Source of the DNA: Octopus sinensis
Lineage: Eukaryota
Assembly (NCBI RefSeq): GCF_006345805.1
Contig: NC_043013.1
Coordinates: 41,292,001 to 41,356,000 of the forward strand
Direction of reading: 5' to 3'
Length of the DNA: 64,000 nucleotides
A model generated the notes under the pieces. That model worked only from the letters and a program-made list of their open reading frames with translations. It did not search any database and was not told the origin of the DNA. The position numbers and the translations under genes were made by a program. Positions 13,696 to 27,050 of this stretch are shown here, piece by piece. Numbering within the stretch: position 1 is the first letter of the stretch; the number at the start of each line of letters is the position of its first letter.

Positions 13696-14291
13696 ACCAG
13701 GCAGTAGTTCTCATGGTTTCCGATCTTAACTGATTGGAAGTGTTATCATGTACATTGCTTTGTCTTGGTATAAAAGATGGTCTACAGCCCATCTTAACCA
13801 GTTCAGCATGTCCCTTAATGGCTGACGATATGTGCATCTCTGATCAGGAGCAGAACTAGTGGGAGAGTATCATAGCCATGTGTTGAGAGGAATTCTTTGG
13901 AAACATAGGTGTGTCGTTCAATATACTTAAACAAACCTTATTTAGGGACCTTTTGAGCGGGATGGGCTACTCGACCTGAAGAAAATTGTGAGTCCCACCT
14001 GCAAGGACATGCGCTGTTTATCTTGCTATAAGATCACCATGTCACACAACTATAATTGTGCGACTGATGTACCCTTATCATACGGGTAGTCATGATGGGT
14101 ATACTGGGCCTCGTATATTTTACCTCAGTGGCACTTTGATGGCATGCTCGGCTCACTCACCCAATAATAATAATAACAATAACAATAATAATTAAAATCA
14201 TAATTACAACGATACTGTGAACAGGAATAACAGTAGAATAGGAATAACTGTAATATAACATTCATATCTGACGTGAACGGAAGTGGAAAAT

Positions 14292-14378
14292 TCATGTGAT
14301 CACATAACTGCGCCTCTCCTTGTCAAAAGCGTAGTGGTCGGTGGGGAGGAACCCACAAAACCCAGTCATGACTTTCTC
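14292..14378 (-). CDS. Candidate terminal coding exon (EKVMTGFCGFLPTDHYAFDKERRSYVIT*), protein unidentified
   Basis: Strong acceptor ATTTCCGACATTTTCTTTTGCAG|G, then an open phase-0 frame to TGA in unique, higher-GC sequence. No homology recognised. Confidence 0.35.
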   Translation of the reverse strand, partial: EKVMTGFCGFLPTDHYAFDKERRSYVIT

Positions 14379-14668
14379 CTGCAAAAGAAAATGTCGGAAA
14401 TAGAAGCAAAAAGATAGAGAAATTAAAAACACAAAAATGTTTGTAACTTTTCTCTCTGACTTATCACTCACATTTAATCACAGCGTATTATTTCTCCTAC
14501 ATCATTTTTATGTTGTAATTTGTATTAAATTTTCTTTTTTACATTATAATTTCTGTTACCTCATCGTAATATTTCTTCATTTTATCGTGATTCAATATAT
14601 GTGTTCTAGTGAAAATAATTTCTTACTGTTTTTTTTAAAAAAAATGTCTGATATTATTTTTGAGTTTC

Positions 14669-14754
<86 letters not shown>

Positions 14755-15727
14755 TTATCCATCTATCTATCTATACATCCATCCATCCATACATACATAC
14801 ATACATACATACATACATACATACATACATCCATCCATACATACATACATACATACATACATACATACATACATACATAAGAATGTTAATCTATATGCAC
14901 ACAAATATATACACACACACATGCACACACAAATATATATATTTATGTTTATATGTATATATATGTACATATATGCAAATAAGCATAGATATGTACATAC
15001 ACATATATGTGTGTGTATATATATATATACATATTATATACATATACATGTATATATGTACATATATGTATATATACTTGTAAATAAACATGTTTGTACA
15101 TATATAACATATATATGTATATATATACATATATACATACATACATACATACATATTTATATTTATATGTTTATATGTACATATGTATAAAATATATATA
15201 CGAATATATACATACGTACGTACATATATATGTATATGTTTATATGCATAAAAATAAATATATCTAAGCATATATGTATATATATATGTATATATGTGTG
15301 TATATATATATACATATATATATACGCATATACATACATTCATGCATGCATATTATATATTTACACACACATTTAAATTCTACAATTCTGAAAATTTATC
15401 ACATTCTTAAGAAGTTATTTTCTTGCTGGTCGTGTGTGTTGGTGTGTGAATCTTTATAAAGATATATATTTTATTTTTAGTTTTTATACTTCCTTGTTTC
15501 AAATTCATGTTATTCTTTTTGTTAAACACCCCTACTCGTGCAAAGAACAACTGAGAGAGAAAGAAAATCAATAATTATTATCACTTTCAAGTTTTTATTG
15601 ATGTCGAGTAAGAGTTGTCTTTTCTTACAACTTTTTCAACATTAAAACCCTGTATATGTACGTGCATGCATATATACATACATATATACATATACATACG
15701 CACGCACACACATATATATATATTACA

Positions 15728-15760
15728 CTAGCAGAGTTACCCGGCGTTGCCCGAGTTACA
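15728..15760 (-). mobile_element. Helitron 3' terminus related to the 11966 element
   Basis: Plus strand ACTAGCAGAGTTACCCGGCGTTGCCCGAG versus ACTAGCAGTATCGCCCGGCGTTGCTCGGG at 11965. Confidence 0.7.
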
Positions 15761-16237
15761 TACAATTGAAGAATTAGACTTTTCTGTTATATTTTCTGTA
15801 ATCAACTGGAATACCTACGTTTCGAATTTCATCAAAATTGCAGATGACGGTTACTTCCCTCTTTACACACCCAAACAAAATTGTAATCGTGCCACATGTA
15901 TCCCATACTACTGATTTTTATGCGCATATCCCAAAATTCCAGTCTTATAGAACCTGTTAAAAATGGAGGTCAGAATAAATTTATAATCTATAAATGTCTT
16001 TGAATGACCAGTCACTCATCTGGGAAGGCCTTGAAATCAATGTTATCATGTGGGGACTATGTGCGACCCAGTGATAATAAAAATACTGAAAGGAGATCTG
16101 CAATCAAATAACTTTACTCAACACTTTGCAGCTGAATCAGTGGAGGCAAAGATGCCTCTCATTAACTTGACAATTTATGCAGCACATTGCAGAAATCACA
16201 ATGTAAGTGTATGTCAAAGCAAACTGCTTACACTGTT

Positions 16238-16337
16238 NNNNNNNNNNNNNNNNNNNNNNNNNNNNNNNNNNNNNNNNNNNNNNNNNNNNNNNNNNNNNNN
16301 NNNNNNNNNNNNNNNNNNNNNNNNNNNNNNNNNNNNN
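16238..16337. other. Assembly gap (100 N)
   Basis: Run of N. Confidence 1.
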
Positions 16338-16700
16338 TCTTGCAAAGTTGAAGGGGGATGTTTGTTCTGGTGTGTCTTGGGTGGCCTGATTGTTTGGCGT
16401 CTGTGGTTTAGTAAAATATGTCCGCTTCTATCTTTAGGTTTATTTTTTTAACTAATATATCCAAGAATGGGAGTTCCTTTTAGTTGTATTCCATTGTGGA
16501 TTGTATGTTTGGGTTGACGTTGTTCAACAGTCTATTGAACTCCAGAAGTTTGTCTGTTTTTTCAATCTAGAGTATGAAACAGTCGTCCATGAATATTTTC
16601 CAATTCTCTTTTATGTATTGGGAAATTCCAAATGTAGAATTTCCGTATTACTTGTCCTGTTTTCCATTTTTTTCTCTCGTCCTTTGCGTGCTTAACTCGT
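16338..16700 (-). pseudogene. Penelope-like RT fragment (Penelope/Poseidon-type)
   Basis: NWKIFMDDCFIL*IEKTDKLLEFNRLLNNVNPNIQSTMEYN*KELPFLDILVKK...ADIFY*TTDAKQSGHPRHTRTNIPFNFAR contains the YxDD-equivalent, LPFLD and SxHP motifs. Runs into the gap. Confidence 0.85.
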
Positions 16701-16774
16701 TTGTTTTCGTACTTCATGTTGTTCACACAGTTGGTGACATTCTATACCCATACATATATACATATATACATATA

Positions 16775-16843
<69 letters not shown>

Positions 16844-16854
16844 ATAATATGTGA

Positions 16855-17180
16855 CCCCCTTCGATCAGACACTGACCATGGGCTGCAACTAGAGAGTTAC
16901 CCTCTGAGCACAAGTCTGGGCAAGGTTGTTTTTATGGAAGACCAGCAGTCGCCCATGCATACCGGCCTCCCCTCTCCACGCCACCAATGTTATCCAAGGG
17001 AAAGGCAAGGGCCGATACTGCTTGGGACCTGTGACGTCGCAACTCATTTCTACAGCTGAGTGAACTGGAGCAACGTGAAATAAAGCGTCTTGCTCATGAA
17101 CACAACACGCAGCCCAGTCTGGGAATCGAGCTCACAACCTCACGATCGTAAGCTCGACGTTCTAACCACTGAGCCACGCG
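16855..17180 (-). mobile_element. tRNA-headed SINE with CORE-like domain (family D)
   Basis: Minus strand TGGCTCAGTGG (A box), GAGCTCGATTCC (B box), TGTGTTCATGAGCAAGACGCTTTA (CORE-like). A related 3' part occurs at about 19855-20000. Confidence 0.75.
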
Positions 17181-17239
17181 ATATATATATATATATATAT
17201 ATAAAATTTACGGACCAGGGGAGGCAATCGGCAACCAAC

Positions 17240-19060
17240 CCCAATTTTCCAGCCAGAAATATTCCTTTAATGTAACTGGTAACACTTGACACATTCTAAG
17301 TCCACAAAAACTATATCTGGTTTGTCATACTTTTCGGAAAACAAATCAAGTCAAACCTTCCTTTGCAGTTCCGTGAAGCCGTAGCTAGGAACTTTCCCAG
17401 GTATTCTAGGTATTACTCTACTATCAATTCGCATAAGGTAAGGATTGCATTCTCTAACACTAGAAATCTATCGCAAATTAAGCTGCTAAACAAGGATTCT
17501 TCACCCGGGAGTTACAACACTATTATTACCAATTCCAACCAAACATACAACAATAATAATAGAAATAGTATTGATAATAGCAACAGTCATAACAGCGTTG
17601 GCATTAACAATGGGAATATTAGTAATAATATTAGTCGGTAGTGTTAGTGGTAACAACGACAGCATTTCTAATAACAGTGATAATATTGATGATAACAATG
17701 GCAGCATTTTTATAGTCAAGGATATTGCCGGCGATAGTACAATTAATAATAATAACAATAATAGAAATAGTATAGTGGTCAGTGCTAGCAATAATATTAA
17801 CAGCAATCATAACAATAAAAACTCCGTCTTAGTCTCGGAGGTAAACCCTAAAAGATTAAAGTTCTTGTCCAGTAATTCCAAAATTAGAATTCCATTTACC
17901 AGTGTAAAGTTTCTTCCGGTACCGGTGTCTTCTTCTATATTGGGGCGAATACTTCTAAATTATCCCAGAGGATTTCCAATCATTATTCAAATTTCCGAGA
18001 TAAGAGAAACAAAACAAATACAGGACTAAGTAAATAGTTTGGCGTCTTAAGGACAGCAATATAACTTTCAAGCTGGAATGGTCCATATTGTCTGTATTCT
18101 TTCCTTTTGATAAGGGCAGAAAATATTGTGCCGTCTGTAATTCCGAGCTTTTCTATATACTTTTCGCCAAATTCCCTTTAGTAAACACAATGGTAGAAAA
18201 ATCCTATAGGTGCATGCACTGGCAGAAACACACCTTCCACTCATATGAATGATGATTAATATAGATAACCTCCTTGAATTTAATAATGTGGTTCCACTTC
18301 TACAACAACAACATAGACAAATTTTTTTATACTCCGCTACATGAAGGGCGACTACCAAATTCGTTGGGGTATGTTCTACCTTTGTCTCTCTACCTCTCCC
18401 CCTCCCTCTCCCCCTCTCTCTATCATAAGCACAATCAAATACACAGACACAATCCTGTCACTTCACCACTAGATGTATTTGGCATTTATCCCCCCCACAC
18501 ACACAATCACGCACACACATACACACACATATACACACATAGGCACTCGATCTCATTAGCAAAAGCAAACAACAACGCATCACCATACATACGACTTGCA
18601 CTCTGTCACCCTCCTATTCTTAAAACTTACCCCTTCCAACCATTTTTGAACTCTTGAACTTTTTAGAATCTTCTCCATCCAACCAATTTTGACGTCACTG
18701 CTTATAACGGAATATTTTAAAGAAACACTCATTATCACTATGGACTCGTGTGGGCAGTTATCTAAAAGTTTTTTTCGTCATGCTGCTGACAACGTTCCTT
18801 GTCTTTCCTGATGAGAAGGCGGCATAATGCACCCTTTATTCCTTCGAATTGGAATATGCAGTCTTCGAAACATATGTCGAGAATAAAGGAATTTTGTTAA
18901 TCGTTGTTCGACTCCATTCTTTCATTTATTTATAGTAAAATAACACACAAATTTCCACACGAAAGCACGTGATTTCTGCCCTTGGCATGTAGCTTCAACC
19001 GTGCTTTCTGACGTAAATTTGCTACCCGGGTATCGGTTAACCGAATTATCCATACTAGGA
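17240..19060 (+). mobile_element. 5'-truncated Naiad-type Penelope-like element: RT tail, Asn-rich linker, GIY-YIG, 3' pseudo-LTR with hammerhead
   Basis: QFREAVARNFPRYSRYYSTINSHKVRIAFSNTRNL; NSIYQCKVSSGTGVFFYIGANTSKLSQRISNHYSNF...TGLSK..WRLKD..CAVCNSE..RCMHWQKH* (about 17888-18247). Homologous to the 42.8-44.1 kb copy. Confidence 0.85.
18804..18882 (+). ncRNA. Minimal type I hammerhead ribozyme, intact core
   Basis: Helix I TTTC/GAGA; CTGATGA at 18808; helix II GAAGGC/GTCTTC; GAAA at 18867; palindromic CATATG helix III; cleavage triplet GTC at 18876-18878. Confidence 0.8.
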
Positions 19061-19097
19061 TAATTCATTCAACTATATGACATCAGTGGCAGACGCC

Positions 19098-19134
<37 letters not shown>

Positions 19135-19145
19135 ATATATATATA

Positions 19146-19212
<67 letters not shown>

Positions 19213-20777
19213 CTATGTATTATGTATGTATGTGCAATGAAAAAGCAAATAAATCGGGGATGAAATCTAGAGGCTTCTTCCATAGAATAATATTAATTCT
19301 GAGATGTGTATAAGGATGGGTATATGCAGATGTAGAGAAGGAGTGAATAGATAATCAGTAATATATATATATATATATAATATATATATATAATATATAT
19401 ATATATATATAATATATATCAGGTACGCGCCACCTTGAATAAAAAGATCGATAGCAACATTTTCGTTTTATGGCAAAATATGCACCTAATTCAATAAAAT
19501 TATGAAGGTTGCTCTGATTATTATGCATAAAATGCAAAATATTTTATTTTTTGTATATTAAATAGGTATAATTCGCCCCTGCTTTACAATATCAGTATTT
19601 AAGCTACGTATAGTACTGCTGTAGTACACATGCTGCGTACACTCCTATAACACCGTTTTCTTTTCGTGTTAGAAAGGCAGAGGTAAATCTTCTTGAACTC
19701 ATTCGCGCGACTGTGTTTCGCTCATTTTTTGTGTGTTTTACTACATAAAGTTCACCAACTGCCTACTCTGAGTAATTACTGCCGGTACGTACCTGATATA
19801 TATAAACTAAAAACTCGACTCCGTCGGTTACGAATGATTATGGGTGCACCTAAGAGAATCCCCTCTGGAGTACAAGTCTGGGCAGAATGTCGGCTCAACG
19901 GCGAACACACAACCTAGGTTTGTTATGGAAGATCAGCAGGTGCCATTCATACCAGCTTCTCCTCTCCACACCACCGACGTTGTCCAAGGTAATGGCAAAG
20001 ACCGATATGTATATATTAATAACGGCTGCGTAAATCACTGTACATGGAATTTGTATAATGTAGATACATATACAGTAATTTATTTGAAAACAGTTAGCAG
20101 TGTAATTACATGTATTTAGACATCAGGTATACATTTAGATATATTGAGATGTAAAGAAAAACTAAATTATATTAACTTAAAGACGAATAAATTTGAAAAT
20201 AGATCTAGAACTATGATCTGATAGCGCACATTTCGATGAAGGTGAGTAATACCAAGTACAGTTAATAGATGTAAAAATTGTGGTAGTTTAACTATAAAAA
20301 ATAAGGAATGTCACTGACATTATATGTAAATTTACGGGTATGTAAATAGTTTCAAGAGCTTAAAATTTAACCGATAACGTATTAGAAAATGTATATCAGT
20401 AAAAGTTGTGAGTAAATTTATGAGTTAAATATTTAATTAAGTTGCAGACAGTTGTAGTGTTGTGAAACTATCATGTTATAGTAAGTTACAACAAATCAGA
20501 GAAAGTCTGGAAATCATAGAAATAATGTTAAAATTACTTGTGTCTACTGCAGATTAATTGGCATAAAGTTATGAGGCTTTAAGAACTTATATGGAATTGA
20601 AGAAACACAGGGTGATATAGAAATATACGTTGTTATGTAGTATATGTAATATATTATTAAATATTCAGTTGCACGTGCGTATGTGCGTGTATGTGTGAGT
20701 ATGCGTACATATTTGTGAATGCAAACATGTATAAATATGTGTACGTTGTGTAAGTTCTCTCTGTCTGTGTATCTATC

Positions 20778-20820
<43 letters not shown>

Positions 20821-20900
20821 TATCTATCTATATATATATATATATAATATATATATATATATATAATATATATATATCGGTGTGTGTGTCTGTCTCTCTG

Positions 20901-20939
<39 letters not shown>

Positions 20940-21915
20940 TTATTCTTTTACTTGTTTAAGTCATTTGACTGCGGCCATACTGGAGCAATATATTTCTATA
21001 GCTGTTCTTTCTCTCTCTCTATCTCTCCTTCTCTCTTCTCACATATGCACACACTCACGCACACACACACACATGCACACATATTTGCTTGTTGTGTCTG
21101 GAAAAGTGGTAAAATTAGTGACATTCATGCGCCTCATGAAGGTTGCAAATATTCAGCTGCGCAGAAAGTCATGAAGAAGCGCTGAATTTTAGAAGACCGA
21201 CGTTTTTGCAAACAAATTAGTTAACATAGAGCTTAGAGTGATGCGGTTAGAGTGATGCATTAGCCAAATCAGTGCTGAATAGCAGGGGCCACAAAAATAA
21301 CAGAAGAAAAATATTAGGGAGAGGAAACATCACACCTGCAGATCAGAAATTGGACCGAGTCTGTGAGTAATATTATGACGATCAGTTTAAGGCAATGATC
21401 TGGTATATTCATGGGCACAACGTAAAAAAATGTTTAGCGGCATTTCGTCCGACTGAACGTTCTGAGTTCAAATTCTGCCGAGGTCAATTTTGCCTTTCAT
21501 CCTTACGGGGTCGATAAAATACGTAGCTGTTCAGCCCTGGGGTCGATGTAACCGACGTAGCGCCATTTCCCGGAACTGTTGGCGTAGTGCCAAAAATTGA
21601 AATCACTATTATAACGATCCGTTGAGTGGTCCATTTTTGGATACTGTCTTTGATACTTGCGTGCAAAAAATATACCGATCCGCATAAAACGGCAATACGC
21701 CCTGGTTCGGCAGTGATGAAACAGTATTTAGGATGTGGTTCTAATTTTGATTTCACCACAAGAAATTCTGAGAAGTAGTGAATTCCGTCAATAGATATGA
21801 TTTGGGGGTCCGTAGTTCAGCCCTGCTCATGGGTATCAGATGCGATAATATTTTCTGAGCAAGAGAACCTTTTCTTCTTTCCTTATTACACACACACACA
21901 CACACACCCACACAC

Positions 21916-21956
<41 letters not shown>

Positions 21957-21960
21957 TATT

Positions 21961-22942
21961 ATATTGAGGGTACTACTATTCGTAGATACCAACACGCTAA
22001 GAGGGACCAATGCGGTCAAAACTACTAAAATAAACAAAATTTACCGGATGCAAAACTTCAAAAACACATCATTTTAAAAAAGAATTCAGTTACATATCAC
22101 ATGTGATTTCGCATTTAATGCAGAATATGCATTTCATGTTCGTCAGTGCAAAAACTCAAGAAATATAGAGAAAAAACATTACATTAACAAGCTCGATAGC
22201 CACCGTAGAATTTGTCGTAGCATGTACGAATGTTTATCTTTACATATCTATGAAAATGGCGGGCTTATTCGCATGCATTTCGGTTACAAATTGTCTAGTC
22301 GGAATAAAAATTCAGTATTGACTATTCTGGGGGAAAATATAATTAACAATTGAGGATAAAATCTTTAAAAGAAATTATCAGTAGTCAGCGTGAAAAACCT
22401 CGTAAGAGAAAAAATCCGTAAAATCTTCCTCTTTGAAAATATTCATTTATATTATATTGAGGGTACTACTATTCGTAGATACCAACACGCTAAGAACCAC
22501 CATTTGGTACCGAAATGCATTGCGAATAAGCCCGCCATTTTCATAGATATGTAAAGATAAACATTCGTACATGCTACGACAAATTCTACGGTTGGCTATT
22601 GAGCTTGTAATGTTATGTTTTTTCTAATATTTCTTGAGTTTGTTGCACTGACGAACATGAAATGCATATTCTGCATTAAATTGCGAAATCACATGTGATA
22701 TGTAACTGAATCTTTTTTAAAATGATGTGTTTTGAAGTTTTGCATTCGGTAAAATTTTGTTATTTTAGTAGTTTTGACCGCATTGGTCCCTCTTAGCGTG
22801 TTGGTATCTACGAATAGTAGTACCCTCATAATATATAAATGAATATTTTCAAAGAGGAAGATTTTACGGATTTTTTCTCTTACGAGGTTTTTCACGCTGA
22901 CTACTGATAATTTCTTTTAAAGATTTTATCCTCAATTGTTAA
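21961..22942. repeat. Fold-back made of three Helitron-like unit copies (two +, one -)
   Basis: 21961-22293 is the near-identical reverse complement of 22499-22830, and 22343-22495 of about 22790-22942. The + copy ends in CTAG|T at 22295-22299. Confidence 0.85.
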
Positions 22943-23053
22943 TATATATATATATATATATCGTACATATATATGTATTGATATCACACACACAAACATA
23001 TGCACACATATACATACACATATATATATCAATATATATATATATATTTATTT

Positions 23054-23087
<34 letters not shown>

Positions 23088-23943
23088 TGTATGTATGTAT
23101 GTATGTATGTATGTGTGCATGTAAGTATGTTTGCATTACTCACACATATACACGCTCACATGAAAACACAGAATTCAGAAACGTCTGAAGTGCTGACTAC
23201 CTTCAAAGACTTACAGTGGTGAGGAATGAAGTGGAGGAGGAGGAAAAATCAATCTAACTTCTGCAAGAATTTCTGATACAACGGTTTGAATAAGTTTATA
23301 AAAGAAGGAAAGAAAACAAGAACAAAAAAAAAAAACACAACAAAATAATGTTGACGTTAAACAAGAATTAAAGAGAAGCGAAGCAAACACACAAGGGAGA
23401 AGAAATTATAGGGGAGTAAATAAAACTAACGATGAAGGGAGGTAAGTTACAAATGCTAATTTATCCATACATGAATACAAACATATATACGTATATAAAT
23501 ATATATATATATATGCATATATGTATGTATGTATATATATCTATGTTTGTGTATACACATATACACGCATACATGCATTACATATATATGTATACATAAT
23601 TACATACATATATATATATGTATATATATATACATATACATATATATATATATATATATACATACATATATATATATATATATGTATTATATATATGTAT
23701 ATATATATATTAGCATGTATATATGTATACGTATATATATATATATATATAATATATATATATATATACACACACACCTAACGGTATGTCTACGTATGTT
23801 CGAAAGTATGTAAGAGCGTGTGTGTCGGCATAAAAGTATATACACTGCCTCCGAGTGACTTTGTACGTTTCTGTTATGTCCCCGTGTATATGCTTGTGTA
23901 TGGATATACAAGTATATATAATAGATATATATATATAACAATA

Positions 23944-24006
<63 letters not shown>

Positions 24007-24672
24007 ATATAAACCGAATGCGTTGTGCGTGTATTTGTGCTCTACGTATGACGTATTTATTGCAAGGGCAAGAATAAAATAAAATCTGAACAAAATCAAA
24101 ACAGAGCGAAAAAAATCACAAAGGAGGAGAATAAGACAGAAAGAAAGCAACAGGAAGATGTCGAGAAGGAAAGTTCAGTATGTTGGAAGAGCAGAATGAT
24201 GAGAGAAGAAGAAGAAGAAGAAGAAGAATAAAACAGGGAAAAAAAAATCATTGTTTAATTCAAGATGTTTGAGTTGATTGAAAGAGAATTAAAATAATCG
24301 AACTGGAATTGAACTATTTCCTCTTTCTTTTCTTTCGTTTGATTATATATATATATGTGTGTGTGAGTGAGTGTGTGTGTGTACATATATTTATACACAC
24401 ATACATACACGCACACACATACAAACATATGTATTTGTATATATATATATATATATATATATAGATATAGATATATATATATACATACATACATACATAT
24501 ATATATACATAAATGCATATATATGTATATATATATATATAATATATATATACAAACACATATACATGCTGTGTATCCATAAATGTATGCATGTATGTAT
24601 ATTATATATATATATATATATATATCTCATATATATATATGTATATATATACATATATATATTATATATGTA

Positions 24673-24760
<88 letters not shown>

Positions 24761-25167
24761 GTACATATACATAGTATGAATCCATAAATGTATGCATATA
24801 TGTACATTATATAACACATATCTACAGCTATGCACACACTCCTTATACAGTCACTCACCCTTCACTCGAATATATTAAGAATTTCTCGGTTCTCATGTTC
24901 TTGTTTCGAAGCAGGAATGTTGGAGAGGATAAATAGAAATTTATAATTTCGCTCCACCGAGACAACAAAACGGATGTTGCTTTTGTTGTTGTTCATTCTA
25001 TTAATGTTATTATTCTTGTTGTTTCCGTTATTAATATTGTTTTTGTTGCCGTCGTTAATGTTCCAGCATGTCCTTTACCCACAGGTTAAGTAAAATAGGA
25101 GAGACGCCCTGATAGGAGATGATCAGGTAAATGACCAGGTATATTCAATATGTATATCGTTTCCGTT

Positions 25168-25350
25168 ATGGGGTGGTGGTGTCAAAAAGTTCCCGAGCTA
25201 GTTCTGTTGCACGGCAACAGATGGCAGCACATGGTTTTCCTGCGAAGTGAGAACTAGCAACGACCTTCCTGAGGCCGTTTACTTTGCAAGTTGTGAAGTT
25301 TGTGTTCTGTGCTCACGTGTATGCTGTAGTCTGTGATTTTTGTCATGGAC
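25168..25350 (+). mobile_element. Probable mariner/Tc1 5' end fragment
   Basis: GGTGGTGTCAAAAAGTTCCCGAG TIR-like start and CAGATGGCAGCAC, typical of mariner 5' UTRs. Recognised from memory only. Confidence 0.45.
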
Positions 25351-25389
25351 AGGAAGCTGGAAAAAATTTTGTGCTACACTTGAGGTATA

Positions 25390-25548
25390 GGAGTGGCTGT
25401 GTGGTAAGTAGCTTGCTTACGAACCACATGGTTCCGGATTCAGTCCCACTGCGTGGCACCTTGGGCAAGTGTCTTCTACTATAGTCTCGGGCCGACCAAA
25501 ACCTTGTGAGTGGATTTGGTAGACGGAAACTGAAGGAAGCCCGTCGTA

Positions 25549-25587
<39 letters not shown>

Positions 25588-25815
25588 GTATGTGTGTGTA
25601 TATGTTTCTGTGTCTGTGTTTGTCCCCACAACAACGCTTCACAACCGATGCTGGTGTGTTTACATCCCCGTAACTTAGCGGTTCGGCAAAAGACACCAAT
25701 AGAATAAGTACTAGACTTACAAAGAATAAGTCCTGAGGTCGATTTGCTCGACTAAAGACGATGCTCCAGCATGGCCACAGTCAAATGACTGAGACATGTA
25801 AAAGAGTAAAAGAGT
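25390..25815 (+). mobile_element. SINE family A, full length, followed by a duplicated 3' half (about 25865-26062)
   Basis: Same head, core and tail as the 5567 copy. Confidence 0.9.
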
Positions 25816-26689
25816 CTGCTACAGATGCGTTGAACATGTATCGGCAAGCTTAAGGAGACGAGGCTGTGTTTCTGTGTCTGTGTTTGTCCCCCACAACAAC
25901 GCTTGACAACCGATGCTGGTGTGTTTACATCCCCGTAACTTAGCGGTTCGGTAAAAGAGACCGATAGAATAAGTACTAGGCTTACGAAGAATAAGTCCTG
26001 GGGTCGATTTGATTCTGCATGGCTGCAGTCAAATGACTGAAACAATTAAGAGTAAAAGAGTATAACTAGTCGGAGAACCTTTTGATACCACCTCGTATAT
26101 TATGCATCTATCAATGTGACTATCATACTGTAAACCCCAAAATGCAGAGACTTAATATTATATAACATTTCTGCTTAGCAGCATTTCGTCCGTCTTTACT
26201 TCTGAGTTCAGATTCCACCGTGGTCGATTTTGCCTTTCATTTTTCCAAGCAGTGGGTTCGTTGCAATTAAAGGTACCCCTACTCCCACCTTGCTGGACTT
26301 GTGCCAAAATTTCAAACCCATATTATATAAACTCTCCTTGGTCTAATATATTCTTGGATGTCTTTTGTTTCATTTGCTGTTGAGGATGTTGATGCACAAG
26401 CACAGCTGTCTGTGATCCGGTTGAGTATTATATGTAGGTAGTCGGGCAAACGGTTTGGAGTGAGCGTCAAACAATTTTATTGCTTGAAATATTTCATTAT
26501 CACTTTCCAAGCAATACTGTAATTATTCTGCCCACTCCGATATCGAATGAAAAATTGCATTAAGGGCGATGTGCGGTGTCTAGACGTGTAAGTCTAGACG
26601 TGTAACTCTATATTTCAGCCGATTTTTGTTGAGTTGTTGATTCTGCATAAAGATTATAAATACAAAACCAATGTCTTTTACTTTCTACT

Positions 26690-27050
26690 TGTTTGGATCT
26701 TTAGAGTGCAACCATGCTGGGGCACCGCCTTGAAGGATCTTAGTGTAAAGAATAAACCCTAGTACTTAGTAATTTTCATTTCATTAAAGCCTGGTACTTA
26801 TTCTATCGGTCTGTTTTGCCGAACCACTAAGTTATGGAGACGTAAACAAACCAACACACACACATATATACATATACACACACACACACACACAACATGC
26901 TTCTTTCAGTTTCTGTCTACCAAATACACTGACAGAGCTTTGGTCGATCCGAGGCTACTGTAGAAGACACTTGCCCAAGCTGCCACGCAGTGGAACTGAA
27001 CTCGGAACAATGACGTTTGGAAGCAATCTTCTTACCCCAATGCCAAGTTT
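26690..27050 (-). mobile_element. SINE family A
   Basis: Reverse complement of the family consensus. Confidence 0.8.

Noticed and set aside
15810-15840. Minus-strand TTGATGA AATTC GAAACGTA
   Set aside because: No helix II and no helix I pairing.
16050-16451. 133-aa ORF spanning the N run
   Set aside because: Artefact of translating across the assembly gap.
20228-20265. CGATGAAGGTGAGTAATACC, resembling the 55.3 kb variant hammerhead and also containing a GTGAGT donor
   Set aside because: GAAA and helix III are missing; too decayed to support either reading.
22645-22674. CTGACGA ACAT GAAA TGCATA in the fold-back unit (also on the minus strand near 22130)
   Set aside because: Helix II would be 1 bp and helix I needs a 3-nt bulge. 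The two copies are recent duplicates, so their agreement is not independent evidence.
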